Assembly (NCBI RefSeq): GCF_024521635.1
Contig: NW_026250425.1
Coordinates: forward strand, 62,001 to 126,000
Origin: Tricharina praecox
Taxonomy: Eukaryota
Length of the DNA stretch: 64,000 nt
Direction: 5' to 3'
Each line of letters opens with the position of its first letter. Positions within the stretch are counted from its first letter, which is position 1. Positions 11,982-25,045 of this stretch are shown one piece after another. The position numbers and the translations under genes were made by a program. The notes under the pieces are model-generated. The model had not been told where the DNA came from. It ran no database searches and saw only the letters and a list, made by a program, of their open reading frames with translations.

Positions 11982-14294
11982 TCATCCCACATGTGGTATC
12001 GATTCAATCCACGGTATTGTGTCGTAGACCGCGTGGGGCTGCCCCCTCAGCGAAATGAACGACTCAACCAGGAGGAAGCACCTAGCGAAGATAACAATGA
12101 CGGAGCCAAGGTAAACTGTGATCGCAGCAAAGAGCTTGTAGAGCTTTCAAGACCACCGCATTGTAAGTCGAGCTCGGGCTGTCGCGGCACCCGACCCCGC
12201 CGGCTGGCGAGCATCGGATTCCGGACGGCTGCCATCTGGTGGTGGTGATGGAGGCGAGGTCTGGCTCTCGGCGGTGTTCTTTTCGACATCAGCGGGGAGG
12301 GGAGTCCGCTACGCGATATCTGCTCGTTGGTTGGTTTCTGGCCGTGCGGGATTGACTGCCGGCTTCTCGGGATTATAGGAGCTCATGAGATTCCCGATAC
12401 ACAATTCCAGCACGAAGCCCAGAAGCGCCACAGCGGTATTGACAGCGCACGCCTTCCACGCCTGCTCCTCGAACCTGCTCTCGAAATGGTTGTCCCAAGA
12501 TGCCAGGTGCAGGCCGCCGTAGAGGAGCCCCACGGTGCTCAGGAAAACAGTCTCCCATATGATGTTTGCTTTGCCCTTGATGATCCGGTCGAATGCGTCT
12601 CCGAGAGTCGCGATGCTCGTAAAGACGTTCTTTCCGTCCGAGAGCTGCCGGTACATGAGAATTCCCAGCCCGGCACGTGAAGTCACGTACTGGTTGTCTG
12701 GCGCACCTTTGCTATCCTTACCGAGCCTTCCTTCCGAGAAAGGATTGGTGGGGTTAGGTTCTCCGGCGGCGTCGTCCGAGGCGTTCTTTAGAGCTTTGAA
12801 TTGCTCGTTATTGAGGTAGATTTCGGTCGGGAGGTCAATGTCGACAGGCTTGTCCCACCACTGTCGCAACTTCCGTTAGCCATGCGTATCCTTTCGAAGG
12901 ACGAAGCAAACAATTGCCCATATTTCCCAGGGAGGAAGCAACTTACAGTGAGATACATCGTCCCGGCACATAGAGCGTGCAAGACTGTGTGGATTTCGAG
13001 CAAGGTCATGGGAATCTTATATTTCACTCGTCCAATCGCCTGGACTATCATCCATGCAGCCTGGAAACACACCAAGGCCTTTGCCAGAGCATTGACCTTG
13101 GACTTGTCCTTCACAAAGTCCGGGGAGACAGTTGGTAGCCATCCCCTCCTTGCCATCTAGAGAACGCCGTGCGGGGTGAGTGTGCCGGCGGACACACCCG
13201 TGTCATTCCGAGCATACCACGCGCATCTTTTCCCTCGACAAGGCTCTGATCTGGCATTTACAACCTGGTTTCTGAGGATCGCTGTTGTTTGCACATTCTC
13301 ATTGCCATCATCCCTGATCACCGATTTTACCGCCACAGCCGCGCTCGATTGCTCCGGCTCGGTTCTTGGCTCCTCCCATTGGCCCTCTTGCGCAGGGACC
13401 ACTCCGTCCGGATGGGTATGATTCGGGTCGTAGATAACCCTGAATCATCCCATAACTGCATAATACGAGAGCATCAAGTCTTTCCAATAATCAGCCTTCC
13501 GTTTCTCGTCGTCCTTCCGTCTCTATTCGTTTCGTCGTCTATATCGTCAACCTTCATGTTGTCGTGGTCGGCTTTCCGTCTGTCGTTGCTTGCGCTATTT
13601 ATACCGTCGACCTTCTTGCTGTCACCGTTGTAGGCCTTCCGTCCGTCGTTGTTTACGTTGTCCATATTAGCTATCTGCATGCCGCCGTTATTGACCATCC
13701 GTTTCTCCTCCACATGTTTAGCCACACGTTTCTCAAGCTCCGCACGGAGCAGCTTCACGGAGCATCTCTCGAAAGCGGCGATGGACATTGTGACTTCGGG
13801 CGCCATGAGGCTTGCGATACTCCAGGCGAGCTTCCTTATCGGCCGCTTGGCCAAGAAGTGATCGATCTTTGCGATCCATCCTGCGTTCTTGTCGAGTTCG
13901 ATAACCGGCTCGATATTGACAGCGACGGTGGTCCCTAGATGGTTTAGAGCGATCCACGGTCAGCAATCTGTATAGCCAGTGACGCCCGGTGGAAGCAGTG
14001 TAGGTACTCACAGATGCATAGGAATAAGGTCAGGACGCAACTCAAGAGGATCCCAATGGTACCGCGTGTTTTGGGGTTCGGTACATATCCGACAATGCTA
14101 GCCGTGGTACTAGCAGCGGGAACCCATATCCAGGAACCAGATGGGGTTTGCTGCACAGTGACGGTTGCAATCGTTACCGTTGTCACGCCGGAATCAACTT
14201 CTTGCGCCAAAGGCATGCCATATGTGGTGATAGTACATGAAGCGAAGAGGAGGAGTAGGGATAGGATACGAAGATGGCGGAGAGTGCTAGACAT
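11982..14294 (-). pseudogene. Pseudogenised paralogue 3 of the same membrane protein family
   Basis: Same three-exon layout (introns 13935-14011 and 12861-12946). It has a frameshift near 13520 and in-frame stops at 13445-47 (TGA; paralogues have Gly in MGGF), 13157-59 (TAG; paralogues have Trp), 12309-11 (TAG) and 12147-49 (TGA; paralogue 2 has Trp). Homology continues to ...IPHVG* at 11982. Confidence 0.88.
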
Positions 14295-16393
14295 TGTGAA
14301 ATGCTGGGCGTGGTTTGTGCAAAGCTTGATTCGAACGAGGGCCGGTAAAGGGGCTGCGAGATCGGAGATATCAACCGCTACTAACCACCGGATTGACGCC
14401 GGTCCATGCGTTCGCACACCGATTAGCAGGGAGGGCGTATCTCCTGTGCCAATGGGGTTTTAGCGGGATCTGGATTCTTCAATTTGCCTAGGCGCAGATC
14501 TGGAAATCTCGGTATGTGTGACAACGAGCCCCCACACAGCTGATAGATAGATTGAATATCGTCGGGGTGAATTCGATATAGTAGGATATTTCGGTCAGGT
14601 GTATTTGCAATGATGCCTGCCAACTATCCGAGTGCGATGTGGCGTGACTCACGAAGATGCCTATCCGAGTGAGGGCCCTGTGCGGAAGATTCAGATACGA
14701 ATAACTTGGTAGATGCAAGCAATATTTCCCGAAGCTCTCTGGAGTGCTTCTCTCCGGCGGTTTGCCGTGAACCGGTCACTAATCGGCCTTGAAGAGCGAT
14801 ATCACTTTCCAATCCACATGGCCGCAAGGCCACGGGGATGCTGGTTCAGTACCCACTTCCAAGGATACCCATCGCCTCTCTATATGCGTGACGACGGAGG
14901 TGCAAACCTCCACCCAGCCTGTCGATTTCTTACACCAGTCCCCCTACTCCGCCACGCACACTGAGGACCCCTGGGGTCTGGCCAGCGGATTCGACGGATC
15001 TGCGGATCTACCCGCTTGTTCGCAACGCGCCACCCCCTACTGCTCTGCTTTCACAGGTCAGAGTTAGATGAGGACTTTGCTAGAAGCACAACCATAATTC
15101 CCTGAGTTGGCTCGGCTAAACGCAAACCATTGGTTTCTGCAAACGAAAGATTAGCTTCTGTCTCGGGTTGTCATTCAGATTCATGGTTCAGAACTGAAAA
15201 CCGGAATGTGCACCCTCAAATACGAGTGAAGACACTGACGAGGCCCCATCACCAGGATCAACACTGCCTGCTGCTGCATACGCCGTCCCACTATTTACTT
15301 TACAATTGCAAAGTTCGAACGTAGGCTGTAGCCAGCAACGCGGGAGGGCTCATCGCGGTGGCGGCAATTCCGCCAACAGTGCTCGCAGGAAGTGGAGATT
15401 TCTGCGGATAATCGGACAGGTTAATTTCTGCACAGGATTATTAATGTCAATTACTGCACTCCAGGAATGGGTCTGGTGGATCATCTTACCACAGTGTTCC
15501 TGTATAATTCAGGAAGTCCCACACTAAAGAAAGCGATCTCAGCGACTGCTGAACAAATCAGGTAACAGACAATAGGCCAATAGACGACAGACTGACCACC
15601 CGAAAATAGAAAGACAGACCCGCTGATTAAATACAACAGGTGCGACCAAAATTGGCCGCCCTCGCTAGACCTGATACGGCGGAGCTACCTCCACCGATCG
15701 TATCACCACCGTGCCGTCCGACAAAAGGGATCAAAACAAACGAAACGGTACAATCAAAACAAACCCGATAGGGGTAGGGTAGCATCGAGTTCCCCAGCTG
15801 ATTATAACATCTTGACGGCAAGACCATCCTAAGTCCGCAGCCAAGGATAGAAAACTGTCGTCAAGACGTCAGTTCCGGCTGTGTCCCACACTGGCTAATA
15901 TTCATTAATGCAGCCCCCGGAATGCCACGCCGTATGAAAACTTAATGAGCACTTCTCCTCACTCATACCAACGACACCCCCCCTCTCTGCTAGCTTTCGA
16001 GACATTCCAATACTTCCAAGGCGTCATCTTGAGAATGGGAACGAGTGATCGGCAGATGAAGCCCCCGCTGCGGCAGAGCGATGCAGGAGCTGTCGGCGGG
16101 AGGAAGCGAATGTGGTTAATAGTGGGCATCAACGTTGGTGCATGAGGGGTTCAACTAGTGAATGAGGAGGGGGAACTTGAGCTGACATCCGCGGGTTTTC
16201 TTCTATTTTGATCATCATCTACAGAATAGACGCTCGGCCTCTACCTCATCATTCCTCTATGTGTGCTCTCCTCTCAACCCCATCACTGGCCTGGAGGGGT
16301 ATTAGCAAAGGAGCCGTCTCTCGCCCTGTTCTACATAGCGAAAGCACACTCGGGGGTGATTCTAGATGACAATACCGGCACACTGCGGGCGGT

Positions 16394-17006
16394 TCACGAG
16401 ACGTGTGACTTAGAAAGAAAAGAAATACTTTTATTCTTGTTCTTGTTCTTGTTCCACCCCTTCCCCTCTCCCTTCACCTTTAGCCGCGCAACCTCGGGCC
16501 AGTCCAAGAACCGGTGGGAGGCCGGGACCACGATCTCGACAGAGATCGCGTCCTCAGGCACCTCCGCACCCTCGGCCACCTAGATGATTCTCCTCCCGCT
16601 GGCGGGACAGAGGACCATCCAGTACTTGGTGGCCTTGGGCGGGTTCTTGGAGCGGCCCTTTGTGGCGGTAGTAGTGGTTGTGGTGATTGTGGTGGTGGTG
16701 GCAGCGGCGGCTCTTTGTGCATTGTTAGAGATACAGATACAGAGATGGATCAGCGTGAACGAACGTACCTTCGCACACCGGGTCTTGCCCACCTTCGCCC
16801 CCATTGGCCGAGGGCTGGCCTTCTTGGGGCGACGGGCCCTCCTCCGCTGGACGAAGCTTGGCGAAAGCTGTGCAAAATCGAATGAGTGGGTGATGCATTA
16901 AATGGTGGCGTGGGAAGAGTGAATATCTTACCTTGACCGGCGCCTTAATGGTCGAACGGTCGCAGAGGAGGTGCCCGTTGGCGGCAGGAGTGGTAGGTGC
17001 AACCAT
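16394..17006 (-). pseudogene. Small basic hypothetical protein gene interrupted by a single in-frame TAG
   Basis: ATG at 17006 and canonical intron 16868-16931 (GTAAGA...CACAG). Exon 2 reads in one GC3-rich frame through KATKYWMVLCPASGRRII*VAEGAEVPEDAISVEIVVP, with TAG at 16580-82. A second intron-like stretch (GTACGT...CTAAC) at 16768-16712 lacks an in-frame AG. Confidence 0.45.
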
Positions 17007-17887
17007 TGTTTGTGAATGCAGGACGAGAAAGTGCTTGGGGTGGTGGATGTAGAAAGAAGGGAGAGAGTGGGAGCCGGAGAGCTGGTATTTATAGGTGTTC
17101 TAAAGGATGTGGTACTTTTGAGGCCTCACATCACGGTCAATGGTACGTCGAATCGTCATCTGATGTGTATCCTACTCTCAATCGCTCCTCAGTATCCCTT
17201 CCTCTACCGTTTCGCGTGCCATATATATTTTCAACATCCAAACGACCCCACGTGACTACTGCCGTACGATCCCTCGCCGCTACCATCAATCGGTTCAGGT
17301 TGTGTCCACCGCGATTAGAGTTGAATTCGCAACTCTTTACGTAGAAACAAGCGTAGAATAGGTACGTAGAAAAGCATGTACTGCTAGCGAGAATAGGTAT
17401 TCCACCTCAGCACGCCGTGGACTGCATCGCGGTGGGGACAGAACAATTCTAGGTAGTTACCAAGCTTGACGGACGACAGGTGATTAGTCAGACTAGATGG
17501 GAGTCGGATTTTCAAGTACTCGACGCTTTTGTTTCTCTTTGCCGGTGAATTGAACCAGCCGTTTTTGGTGTGGATGGACGAGTGTCGAGTGTCGATGTGT
17601 GAAGCCGGAGGAGGTCTACGATTTATCACTCGTTTCCTAGGGAAGCTTTATCTCTGGAACCGATATTAGCCTTGCGCATGTCTTTGAAAGTCCCATTACC
17701 CAGTTATCGTAGAGTTATGATCACTCATGCTCCCATAAATAGACGTCTTTGATTATGATGTAAGTTTGATTTCTTCGTCCAGCATAGATTTGTACATAAA
17801 TATAGTAGAAGCACGACCCGTATTTACTTATATTGCTCTCACTGAACCCCATTTTTACCACTCGTCCACCAAAGATTCAACCAAAAT

Positions 17888-19182
17888 TTACAACATCGCC
17901 GATGTCGGCCACATCCCAAAGAAGTTCCTCCTCTTGACCATAGCGGGCAGCTTATTGAGCGCATCTTTAACAGCAGCAACGTATCCCGCATTGACCCAAG
18001 CCTCACTAGCATCCCACATGGCCACACCACCGAACGTCGGGAATCTCGCCAGGTCGGCAATGATGCTCGCGGCCACGGCTTTGGAAACGTAACCGCCGGC
18101 AGGTGCGACCTTACCGCCTCCAGCGAGAGTCATAAACACCTTCAAGTTCTTGTTCTTACTGTTGGTAGCGACCCAGTTATTCCACATGCCGAAGTTGAAG
18201 CCGGCGTTCGTAAGCTGGGGCTGGCCTTTCGTCTTCCACGCGGATGCGGCGCACGACGGGTTGTTATAGAACTGGACGAAGACGGCGTCGAAGGCGACCT
18301 TGCTGAGCGCGCTCTCAAGGTGCTGGTCGGGGTTCATGCACTGCGGCGCCGCCGTCATGATGTACTTCCTCGTCTTGTCGGCTTCGAAGAGCACGCGGAG
18401 GCGGTACGCGAACTTTTCGTAGAAGAGCGCGGGAAGCGTCTCGATGTCCAGGTCGAAGCCGTCGACAATCGCTTCGCCGAACGGTCGGTAGTACGACCAG
18501 CCACGCCCGAACATGTTCCAGATCTGGTAGGCGAAGGCGTCGGCTTGCGCTGCGGTTTCGAAGCCCTCGTATGTCGCGGTACTACCGCCGATCGAGATGA
18601 GGATCTTTTTGCCCATGGCCTGGCACGCCCGGATATCCGCGCTGCACGAACCGTAAGCATTGGAGCCTCCCCCACCCCTCGTGTGAGGACGAGCGATGAT
18701 TGCTTACGAGATGGTAGGACACCAGAGCAGCTCGGTGCCGGGAAACATCTGGTAGCCGGTACACGCATTGGCAAAGTTGACGATTGGCTGATTGCCGGTA
18801 CCGTTCCAAGTGTTCAGAAATCCAACCGAGATGAGCTGTAAGGTGCGCAAGTACTCGGGTCAGTTGAATCGTTCATTACAAGCGAGGTGGCGGCGGCTTC
18901 AGCCCTGAAATTCGAACTCACATCCACATTCGTGTCTAGTATGTCTCAGATCAGCTCGGTTCCTGACACGACAATGTGGAGATCACGGCTGCACTGACCC
19001 ATGCAGTATGTCAGCAGATCTTGTTGCTGCTTCTCGGGGGTGCTGTCGTAGGAGCCATGGGCATTCTGTCCCCAGTAGAGCACCAGGTTGTTCCGTTTGG
19101 TCAAGTCGAAGGCGGCATTGGCGGTGGTTACGAAAAGAGCGGCGGCCACCACGCATATGAGTGTCGAGAGAGTGGATCGCAT
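17888..19182 (-). CDS. Secreted GH18 class III (subgroup B, CTS1/hevamine-like) chitinase, catalytic domain only
   Basis: Exons 19182-18999, 18935-18922 (14-nt microexon), 18835-18708 and 18641-17888. Signal peptide, YWGQN, KILISIGG, catalytic DGFDLDIE (DxxDxDxE), TAAPQC, FVQFYNN and FGGVAMWDAS. Confidence 0.95.
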
Positions 19183-21263
19183 GACTGGGGGAAAGACAGT
19201 AAAGACGGCTTTGCCAACGAAACCGGTGTGTGCGCACTGAAAAATGAGCGTGGGAGTCCGACGGACGGACTGTTGGATCGATGTTGATGCAGAGATGCCA
19301 CTGCATCGTCTCGAGGAATACCCCGAACTTTATGGATCTTCACGACATGTTGGATCCAGTGGAAGAAAAAGCAATTTTGGGCCTTTCCCCTTCCCACATG
19401 GCTGTGGCTAAGACCAATGGGGACAACTGTCCCCCTTTCGGTCCCGTCCCACAGAGCTTCGAGAGAGATCCAATGCCTCGAACAGGACAGGCGTAGTTAA
19501 CTAACATCGTATTCTCCTCCTTCTCCTCCTCTTTCTCCTCCGCCTCCTCCTTATCCTCTCGGCACCCGTGTACCGATCAATAGTATCCGGCTAACCAACT
19601 GATTGTTCCTCTCGTCACCCACGAGTGCAGTCCGCCATCTTGTCAAAGTGAAGGACGCTGCTGAGATCTCTCGTTGGGAACTTCCGCATTGTTTCCCCAC
19701 TTGCCGTTAACTGTCTAGTCAGGCACATCATTCGAGTCGACTACTCGGTTAAAGTCTTGACAGTGACTCACGACCGGGTCTTTAAAGAGACAGCGTCTGC
19801 TGGTATCACGTGTTGTCGGGAACAGATCTAGAGCAGCATTTATGCAGGGTGTTGACTTCAAAGTTCAGGCACCCCGTTGCAGGTACTCCCTTTCCCCCTT
19901 GCTTTGTGTCCTGAACTGAAGTTTGGATAGGTATACCCAAGTACAACGGTACATACGAAAGTTTACGGTAGAAACACACAATTGTTCCCAAGAGACCAAG
20001 TGAGCAGTGTTTTAGATACCATCTTATCCCGCGGCCGTGGTAACCATGGGCTAGGTACGAAGTATGTATTCTCGGCGATCCGGGGATCTATCGTAGAAAA
20101 TCTTTTGGGTTCTGACTTACAGTAACCCCTTAAGCATACAGCGCGGAGGTGGGTGGACAAGTCACAACCCCGCAATAACGGCGGCAAAGCTCTTAGCTCC
20201 AAGCAATTTCCCAGAATGACTGGGCGCTAGCAACTGCATTGTTACTGGGCGGTTGATTGGTGTTATGTACCAGACTAGTTACGACAGCCAACTAGTGCTG
20301 TCGACTGTCCACGAGCTTGGAACAGGCGGAACCGCTCTATCCAGCACCGCGGTTCGTGATGTGCTCCACGGGGTTGCCCGGATGAGGTCAATCCTGTACA
20401 ATGTAGACATGGCCTCTGCCCGGATATCGGGTTCCGACGCCGGAAGGCGCCGCGCTGCGCTACATATCATGTAATCGGAATACTAGCTTTTTTTCCAAGG
20501 CGAATGCTGAGCTATGTTCCAAGGCCATGGCAGGACTATCTAGGTAGTGAGCGTTGAGTACCTATTTCAGTTGTTTGGGCCATGGCAAGGCTTGACGGTT
20601 GGCCCTCGGAGTTCATGCTTCCCAAACTGTCAGTGCGAATAGCCGACGCAGCCGACACAGCCCCCGTGCGGGGCGGTTTTCCAGTTGCACCCGGCGATGA
20701 CGGGCCGATATAGTAGACGAGCCACGTTCCAAGCCTCCCTACATAGAGTGGGAAGTTGTCATCATGCATCATCACCCACTCACCTACGGTGTCGGCTTCA
20801 ACGGTCGGACGCGGCTCAAGCGATAAGTCTATTTCATCTGTGGGGCAGGTATGCGCCTTGGCCGGCGTAAACGCCGCAGGAGTACCTAGGTAATTCAAAC
20901 AACTATATGCCAACTAATATTACTAGTATAGCACCTTGTCGATGTCGTGAGTCAGGCACTAGCATAGTATAAGCACCATTAGTGAATTTAACCGTGCGGC
21001 ACCGGTACCGTATTCTACTCCAGAAGACGGCGTGATTCCGGAGCTCAATGGCTGGCACGTGGTTTTTTTTGTTTACTCATAATTGCATTCGACCTTAGTA
21101 GATCATGGCAGACACAGCATGCACGTGGCACTGCCGACTGAAGTTTTAGGGATATGTAGGTAGCTCCCAGATTTGGTAGATGGTGAAAGTGTGTGCGCGG
21201 GAATACCGATATTGTGAATAGTCTTGGATTTGTCCGTTCCGGGTGAGGAACGCTGGACGCTGG

Positions 21264-21603
21264 ATGCTGCAGCCGGAACTGAGCGGAAGACTCGCAGTCT
21301 CGAGCTGCCATTCAAGGTTATCAACTCAACAGGATGGAGGTTTCTTTCATGCCTTGGAATCCCCCACAACGAAGGGGTTTCCAACTTCCAAGGTTATTGG
21401 CCACCCAGACTTCCCGTAAGATGAACTCATGCTGCAGCCGGAACTGGGCGGAAGTCTCCCAGTCTCAGTCTCGAGCTGCCATTCAATGTTATCAACCCAA
21501 CAGGATGAAGGTTTCTTTCCAGTCTTGAAATCTCCTCACGAAGAAATCGCTCCCAACTTCCAGCGCTATTCACCCGCCACCCAGACTCGCGAAAGACGAA
21601 CTC
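21264..21603. repeat. Diverged tandem duplication of about 165-175 bp
   Basis: ATGCTGCAGCCGGAACTG...CTCGAGCTGCCATTCAA...ACAGGATG...CCACCCAGACT...GAACTC at 21264 and 21429. Confidence 0.85.
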
Positions 21604-22678
21604 CTACCGACATACCTATCCGCGCAATCATCCTGGGTCACTCGTTTTCTTCGATTCGCCTCGAATCAACATCTGCTTGAAAATTGGAATCGACTTGCGA
21701 TCGTTCCCGGTAACAAAGCGTAGGCCTTCCAGGGTAGGTCTGCGATACCGGTACTCGGAAGCAGCTATTTCTCTTGGACGGTGGAACCCCCCCGCACTGG
21801 CTGAGCGGTCGAGCACAGCACCCCTTAGCCCCGGAATAGACAGCGGAAGACTACTCAGTTCAACTGCTTCATCAAACCAACCAGGCTTCACTCCTGATTT
21901 CTGAACGAAAGCACGCCGTACGTACGTACGTACGTACTACTGGCGGAAACAAGGTTCGACGCCGATACCGACACTGGGACAAGAGCCGTGCATTTTCAAG
22001 TGATGGTAATGGTTAAGAGGAACTGGGCATCGGGTTCCTGAACAGCGACGTCCGTGATGAAGAATTTCACAATTGACTCTTAGATACCTACTCCAAGTCC
22101 CGCGCCATGTGAAACCGCCTGGCAGGCAAAATAGGATGCTGCTATCACAAACGCGAGTGCGTGCGATGAGAATGTAGTTATAATTGGATGGTGAGCGCTT
22201 TCCGTAATAACCACTTGCAGGCTCTAGTATTCAGCTCATCGATCATGGGGGCCGAGTGATAGTGGGCTCTAAAGCTGCATATCTCGAACTATCGCGGCGA
22301 CATATAGAATTTTTCTGATTCATTCCGCCGACAAGTGATGACAAACGTACCCATTGACGCCGATACATACTTCGATGCACAGGATAAACAGTCCTTTATT
22401 CATGGCTCATAATCCAACTCCTTGACAAGTACAAGAATCCACTCCTCGCAAGGAGTAACCGACAACAAATGCGAAGAAAATGTACACACAGGCATCAGCA
22501 CGCCTAGCTAATTAAACAAAACAAGAAAAAATCATCGGGTGATGCGATCGCACATGCCCCGGCCATATACGCCCCTGTATCTCTATCCATTCGAATGCGA
22601 TCTACATACATGGGTTTTCTCCTCGGTGGGCATCTCTCTCCATCTGTTGATCCGGCTCGTATGGCGGGAGAACAGAGC

Positions 22679-23829
22679 TCATTCCTTCTCCGGCTCCGCT
22701 TTTGGGAAAGCGTGCGTCTCGACTTGGGTAACGTCAACGGCGGCGGCACTCGGTGTCTTCTCCTTGTCGAGGCCCTTGACGACCCATTTTGTGTGCTCAT
22801 CCGCGACCCTCAGGCTCTTCTCCACGTCGTCGGTAAGCTTGGTAACTTCGGCTTCGAGAGTGTCCTCCGAGAGAGCCACCGGCGTCTCCAAGCCGACATC
22901 CCCCCTCAGCCCCTTCCAGACCTCCTCCATCTCCTCCCACCAGCCCAATTCCTCAGCCAACTCCCTGATACCATCATCGCACTCGCCCAACCAGACCACA
23001 TCGTCGCGCCGAGTTCCAATCTCTCCCACTTTCTCCATGTTCATCAGCACTCTCGGCACAGTCTCGTCGATCCTCTGGGGCAGCGACGCAAACGGATAGA
23101 CAGACAGGGAGCTGCCCATGACGATGGCCAGATCCGCCGAGTCGAGCAGATGCAAGCTATTGTGGAAATCCGCCGGCAGCGCCTCGCCAAAGAAGGTGAT
23201 ATCCGGTTTCACCAGACCGCCGCACGCACAGAACGCCGGCTTGCCGATCTTGACGTGCTCCTCCAGCTCGGTGCGATCGAACTCCTCCTTACAGTCGATA
23301 CAATGCTGGCCCGCGAAACTACCGTGCGAAAAGACGATCTTGTCCTGTGGGATTCCCGCCGCGAGCTCGAGTGTGTCAATGTTTTGCGTGAAGCAGCGGA
23401 GGAGTAGTCCCCGGTCCGCAAACATCCTCATGAATACGTGTGTCAGCGTCGGCTTGAATTTTCCGGGCCATAGCTCCTGCGCGAGCGCGTAGAAGGGCCG
23501 TGGGTCCTCGCGGAAATAGCTGATGTCGAAGACGGCCTCGGGACGGGGGAGGTCGAGGCGCGCGAGGTTGCTGTAGAGGCCGGTTTCAGGACTGCGGAAG
23601 TCGGGGATTCCCGCGGCAGTGGAGATTCCCGCACCGACCTGGAGGGTCGAGGTCAATCCGCGTCCTACGGAGGTCAGGGGAGGAGCGAAGACTAGGTACA
23701 TACCATGAACACGACTTTTTTGCATTGGCCTGACTTGATGTACTCGGCGACGGCGAGGAGATCACGTCGCAGAAGCTTTGTTGGGGGAATCGACTGGTCG
23801 AAGGGCTCTGCCGACTGTTCCTGTCCCAT
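22679..23829 (-). CDS. HST2: NAD-dependent deacetylase, class I sirtuin (Hst2/SIRT2 type)
   Basis: Exons 23829-23704 and 23638-22679 (intron 23639-23703). GAGISTAAGIPDFRSP, TQNIDTLE, HGSF, CxxC...CxC zinc ligands, KPDITFFGE, GSSLSVYPFA. N-terminus MGQEQS. Confidence 0.93.
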
Positions 23830-24025
23830 GTTGGCGTCTGAAGAGTGGGTGAGTAAGGAGCAGAGGGTGTAGCGTTGGTGGCTTGTCGTGATGCGGCGAT
23901 GCGGTTTGGCGAGGATGGCGGGGTTGGTAGCGCGTTGGTCATCATACTAGTCGTGATTAGCAAGCCGACATCACGTGGAAGCTCTTGACCACACAATCTC
24001 ACTCTGAAGATACCCAAGCCGACCA

Positions 24026-25045
24026 TTGAGATGGCTGTGGAAAACTCACCAGCAGTGGAAAGGACACCGAGTCCATACGAGGTTCAACCAGGAAGCGTAT
24101 GGTGCTGAATGTGATGCCATCCTTAGAGCACTGGAGTTGAGTCACCATCTTCACAGACTCGACCGCCGCAATCAAACGACTAAAGCCAACCGAGATAGGA
24201 CCTGGTATCAAATGCCCGATCGAAATTCGGTGGTATCCAGCACAGATTGAATCGAAGGAAATGAGATGGCAGACGTATGGACGAAGCAGGCAGCGTCTGA
24301 GCCCGACGAGCGACGAGTGGAGTGACACCGGTACACCCATAAATGCGGAAGGCGGAAATTTCCTCTGCCGGCATCCCTCGCACACCTCAAGAGGCGGATA
24401 AGTGATGAGAAATGGAGAGAAGCTAGATAATGGTCAGCAACGCGCATCACACATAGGAGGTTCATACTACCGAGGAAGATGAAGACAGTCGACCCAATTC
24501 CAGGGAGAGTCCCGAAGCGGCTGGCCGCCCAGTACTACCAGCTGACTTCAGGATATACCCTCACGGCGATCCATCTGAAGTGGACCAAGCAGCGAGACGG
24601 CAGCCAATGCTGGTGGTGCAATATTCCAAGCAGAGAAGGGAACACCTGTTCAAGAACTGCAACAGATGGCGAGTTCAACAGGTAGCGCTGTGGGAGAAGA
24701 TCAGAAAGGAGACCGGAATGGAGAGAAGGAAATGGAGCATGGCAGACCTGTTGCAGATGAGCACTGCTCAGAAGCAGTGCTAGAATACTTAAGGACGACG
24801 GACGTGGGGAAGAAAATCCCAACGATAGAAGAAGCCGGAGCCGGAGAGGGGAGTGACGCATCCGGGACCGAACAGGAGTGCCCGGCGGGGTATTGCGTTT
24901 ACGGAGGGTGCGGGTAATGTGTGTGTGGATAATGAGTGTGTGGATAATGAGTGTGGGGACAATGAGTGTGAGCATGGTTTTCCTTTGTAAAATTGGTTGG
25001 TAGGCAGCGGCGTAGCATCAGGCCGTGGCGTAGCATCAGGCCGTG
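24026..25045 (+). mobile_element. Degenerate 5'-truncated non-LTR retrotransposon (LINE): RNase H plus C-terminal Cys/His region and 3' repeats
   Basis: Frameshifted fragments NQEAYGAECDAILRALE, EIRWYPA..IEGNEMADVWTKQAA, YYQLTSG, CWWC...REHLFKNC..W and AVLEYLRTTDVG, typical of fungal LINE ORF2 C-termini. Short tandem repeats at the 3' end (GTGTGGATAATGA x3, GGCGTAGCATCAGGCCGT x2). Confidence 0.82.

Noticed and set aside
11982..14294. Rescue of paralogue 3 by A-to-I editing (two of its stops lie at Trp positions)
   Set aside because: It also has a frameshift near 13520 and a stop at a conserved Gly (MGGF), which editing cannot repair. Ordinary pseudogenisation is simpler.
22539..23407. Plus-strand ORFs over the sirtuin
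   Set aside because: Antisense shadows with no independent coding signal.
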